From: Oopsacas minuta
Lineage: Eukaryota > Animalia > Porifera
Direction: 5' to 3'
DNA length: 64,000 nt
Assembly: GCA_024704765.1 (NCBI GenBank)
Contig: JAKMXF010000343.1
Coordinates: forward strand, 186,001-250,000
The notes beneath the pieces were generated by a model. The model did no database searches, had not been told where the DNA came from, and saw nothing but the letters and a program-made list of their open reading frames with translations. A program made the position numbers and the translations under genes. Positions 62,063 through 64,000 of the stretch are shown in pieces. How positions within the stretch are numbered: position 1 is the stretch's first letter; each line of letters opens with the position of its first letter.

Positions 62063-63340
62063 ATGCATAAACGTAATACCCGCAGAACCAAGAATACACC
62101 CAGCACTAAATCTCCAAAAGCACTCAACATAATCTCTTCCATCAAAAACTACATAGGAATCGATGAGAATTTTCTTCTCCAAGATCTCATATATTCTCCC
62201 TCTTTCTCATGGCTGACCTGTGCTATCCTACTGCCAATCGAGCTAATACTAAATATCCTAGTGATAAATCATGTGAAGTATACAGAAATAGATTGGGAAG
62301 CTTATATGCACGAAGTAGAAGGTTTTATCAATGGCACATTGGATTATGCTAAGTTAAACGGTTCGACAGGTCCTTTAGTATACCCAGCTGGATTTGTTTA
62401 TATATTTTCTGTGCTTTATAGTATCACAGATTGCGGACGTATTATACCTCTAGCACAGTATATTTTCGCCGGAATATACCTCGTAAACTTAGTTGTCATA
62501 TTTCGCATTTACTTGAAAAGCACTGATCTTCCCCCGTACATGTATTTGCTGCTAAGTTGTACTGCTTATCGAATTCATTCAATTTACATTCTAAGGTTAT
62601 TTAATGATACGATTGCAATGCTATTTCTTTACTCAGCTGTTTATGCATTCCTATCTAACAGATGGTTGTTAGGATGTGTAGTATATAGTTTAGGTGTGTC
62701 TGTTAAGATGAATGTGTTACTTTTCGCGCCTGGATTATTGGTACTATTGCTGCAGTTCAATTCACCGATTCGTACGGTTTGTTACTTGTCCGTTTGTGCT
62801 GTTACTCAGCTTATATTAGGTCTCCCTTTCTTACTGACATACCCTGTGAATTATATGAGCCGTGCTTTTCAGTTTAATCGAATATTCTTATACAAATGGA
62901 CGGTTAATTGGAGGTTTTTACCTGAAGAAATTTTCCATGATAGATTATTCCATATCACTTTAATAACTGTTCTTATTGTAATTCTATCTGCTTTATATTA
63001 CTTCAAATGGAGTAAACCAATATACTCCCCTCTTATTTGTTTTAAAAGAATCTCACAGAAAGGAGAATTCTCTAAAAGTGTGAATTGTCACATTTTGTTT
63101 GTTCTATTTACTTCAAACTTTTGTGGAATAGCATTTTCAAGGACTTTACATTTCCAATTTTATGTTTGGTATTTCCATACATTACATTTTCTGGTTTGGA
63201 AGAGACGCTGTCCTGTCGCGTTAGCAGTATGTCTTTTGGGATTAATAGAACTTTCTTACAAGATATTCCCTTCTACCTATTGGAGTTCTGCTATTTTACA
63301 GTTATCTCATGTTATTATATTGGTGATGCAGTTTTTCTAA
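62063..63340 (+). CDS. ALG3: Dol-P-Man:Man5GlcNAc2-PP-Dol alpha-1,3-mannosyltransferase, intronless
   Basis: KYTEIDWEAYM, GPLVYPAGF, RIHSIYILRLFND, SVKMNVLLFAPG, YKWTVNWRFL, FSRTLHFQFYVWYFH motifs. Confidence 0.95.
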   Translation: MHKRNTRRTKNTPSTKSPKALNIISSIKNYIGIDENFLLQDLIYSPSFSWLTCAILLPIELILNILVINHVKYTEIDWEAYMHEVEGFINGTLDYAKLNGSTGPLVYPAGFVYIFSVLYSITDCGRIIPLAQYIFAGIYLVNLVVIFRIYLKSTDLPPYMYLLLSCTAYRIHSIYILRLFNDTIAMLFLYSAVYAFLSNRWLLGCVVYSLGVSVKMNVLLFAPGLLVLLLQFNSPIRTVCYLSVCAVTQLILGLPFLLTYPVNYMSRAFQFNRIFLYKWTVNWRFLPEEIFHDRLFHITLITVLIVILSALYYFKWSKPIYSPLICFKRISQKGEFSKSVNCHILFVLFTSNFCGIAFSRTLHFQFYVWYFHTLHFLVWKRRCPVALAVCLLGLIELSYKIFPSTYWSSAILQLSHVIILVMQFF

Positions 63341-63690
63341 TTGTATTATTTGTGTCAATAGCTTTTGATTATAATTGTTGAGGTTTCAATAGTATACGAA
63401 TTTGCAATTCCTTCAATTACTCAAAAGTTAATGCTATTTTCATGCCATTTTCATAACAAGCTCATGTCATATGTAAACAGTACAAAAGTATATGAACTTT
63501 CTACACGATTTGCAATACTGCTTAGGACCCTCGTTGGTAAAGTTACGAGAAATATCCTATCATTTACAAAGGACAACTGCCCTGCAGCAGTGTGTCTGTT
63601 ATTCGGAAGTTCCGCTATACTTACATGTCCTTCGTTCCTATCATGCACGTATTACTTACATATAAATTCTAATACAATATAGCCTTTATT

Positions 63691-64000
63691 ATGGCAACAG
63701 AATCTACATCAGAAGCTAACGATGATAGTCTTATTATAGTCCATGTATACGGCCTACCTGATGAGAAAACTGATGGTTTCAAAATTAAAACTGAAGCAGA
63801 ACCTATAAATACTAATACCATGAAAGATACCGTGGGTAAGCCTATAGCTCCGAGTGATTTTTTGAAGCAATTTCATCCGTTTGGAGAGGAGAATAAATCA
63901 CTGAATACTCCAAAATTTAGCTCCAGGGATATTACAACAGACTCAATGGCTTCTAAACCAAGAGCTCCATATTTTCATACACCACGTCCTCACTTGTCTA
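63691..64000 (+). CDS. 5' part of an unidentified coding gene, truncated by window end
   Basis: ATG at 63691 (MATESTSEANDDSLIIVHVYGLPD...) stays open to position 64000; no family recognised. Confidence 0.5.
   Translation, partial: MATESTSEANDDSLIIVHVYGLPDEKTDGFKIKTEAEPINTNTMKDTVGKPIAPSDFLKQFHPFGEENKSLNTPKFSSRDITTDSMASKPRAPYFHTPRPHLS

Overview
AT-rich eukaryotic (animal) genomic DNA with short GT-AG introns, no rRNA/tRNA/CRISPR detected. The gene content (intronless coiled-coil+NHL and TRAF-like expansions, compact spacing, heavy MITE load) suggests an early-branching animal such as a glass sponge; this is inference only. Gene order: UBE3A (+, ~18 exons, with an antisense NHL gene nested in an intron), KCTD10/BACURD (+), two convergent intronless Raw/OLRN-1-like genes (two nucleoside-deoxyribosyltransferase-like domains each) sharing a 268-bp gene-conversion tract, TBL2 (+), GTF2H1 (+, intronless), TMEM120 (+, absent from the ORF track), three tandem NHL genes, an ankyrin-SOCS box gene, DLEC1 (+) whose 7.2-kb intron holds an antisense TRAF-like gene and a same-strand intronless KCNT/Slo2-type K+ channel, a minimal HCFC1, a ~4-kb repeat-rich interval (hairpin, mosaic satellite, hairpin-bearing minisatellite), ALG3 (+, intronless) and a truncated ORF at the window end. 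Most notable: the nested Slo2 channel with a 12-Cys extracellular S1-S2 insert and no canonical Na+ site, the Raw-like pair with conserved NDT glutamates and a conversion tract, and the HCF-1 lacking its whole central region. Exon boundaries were read by eye; family assignments come from recalled motif similarity, not database searches.
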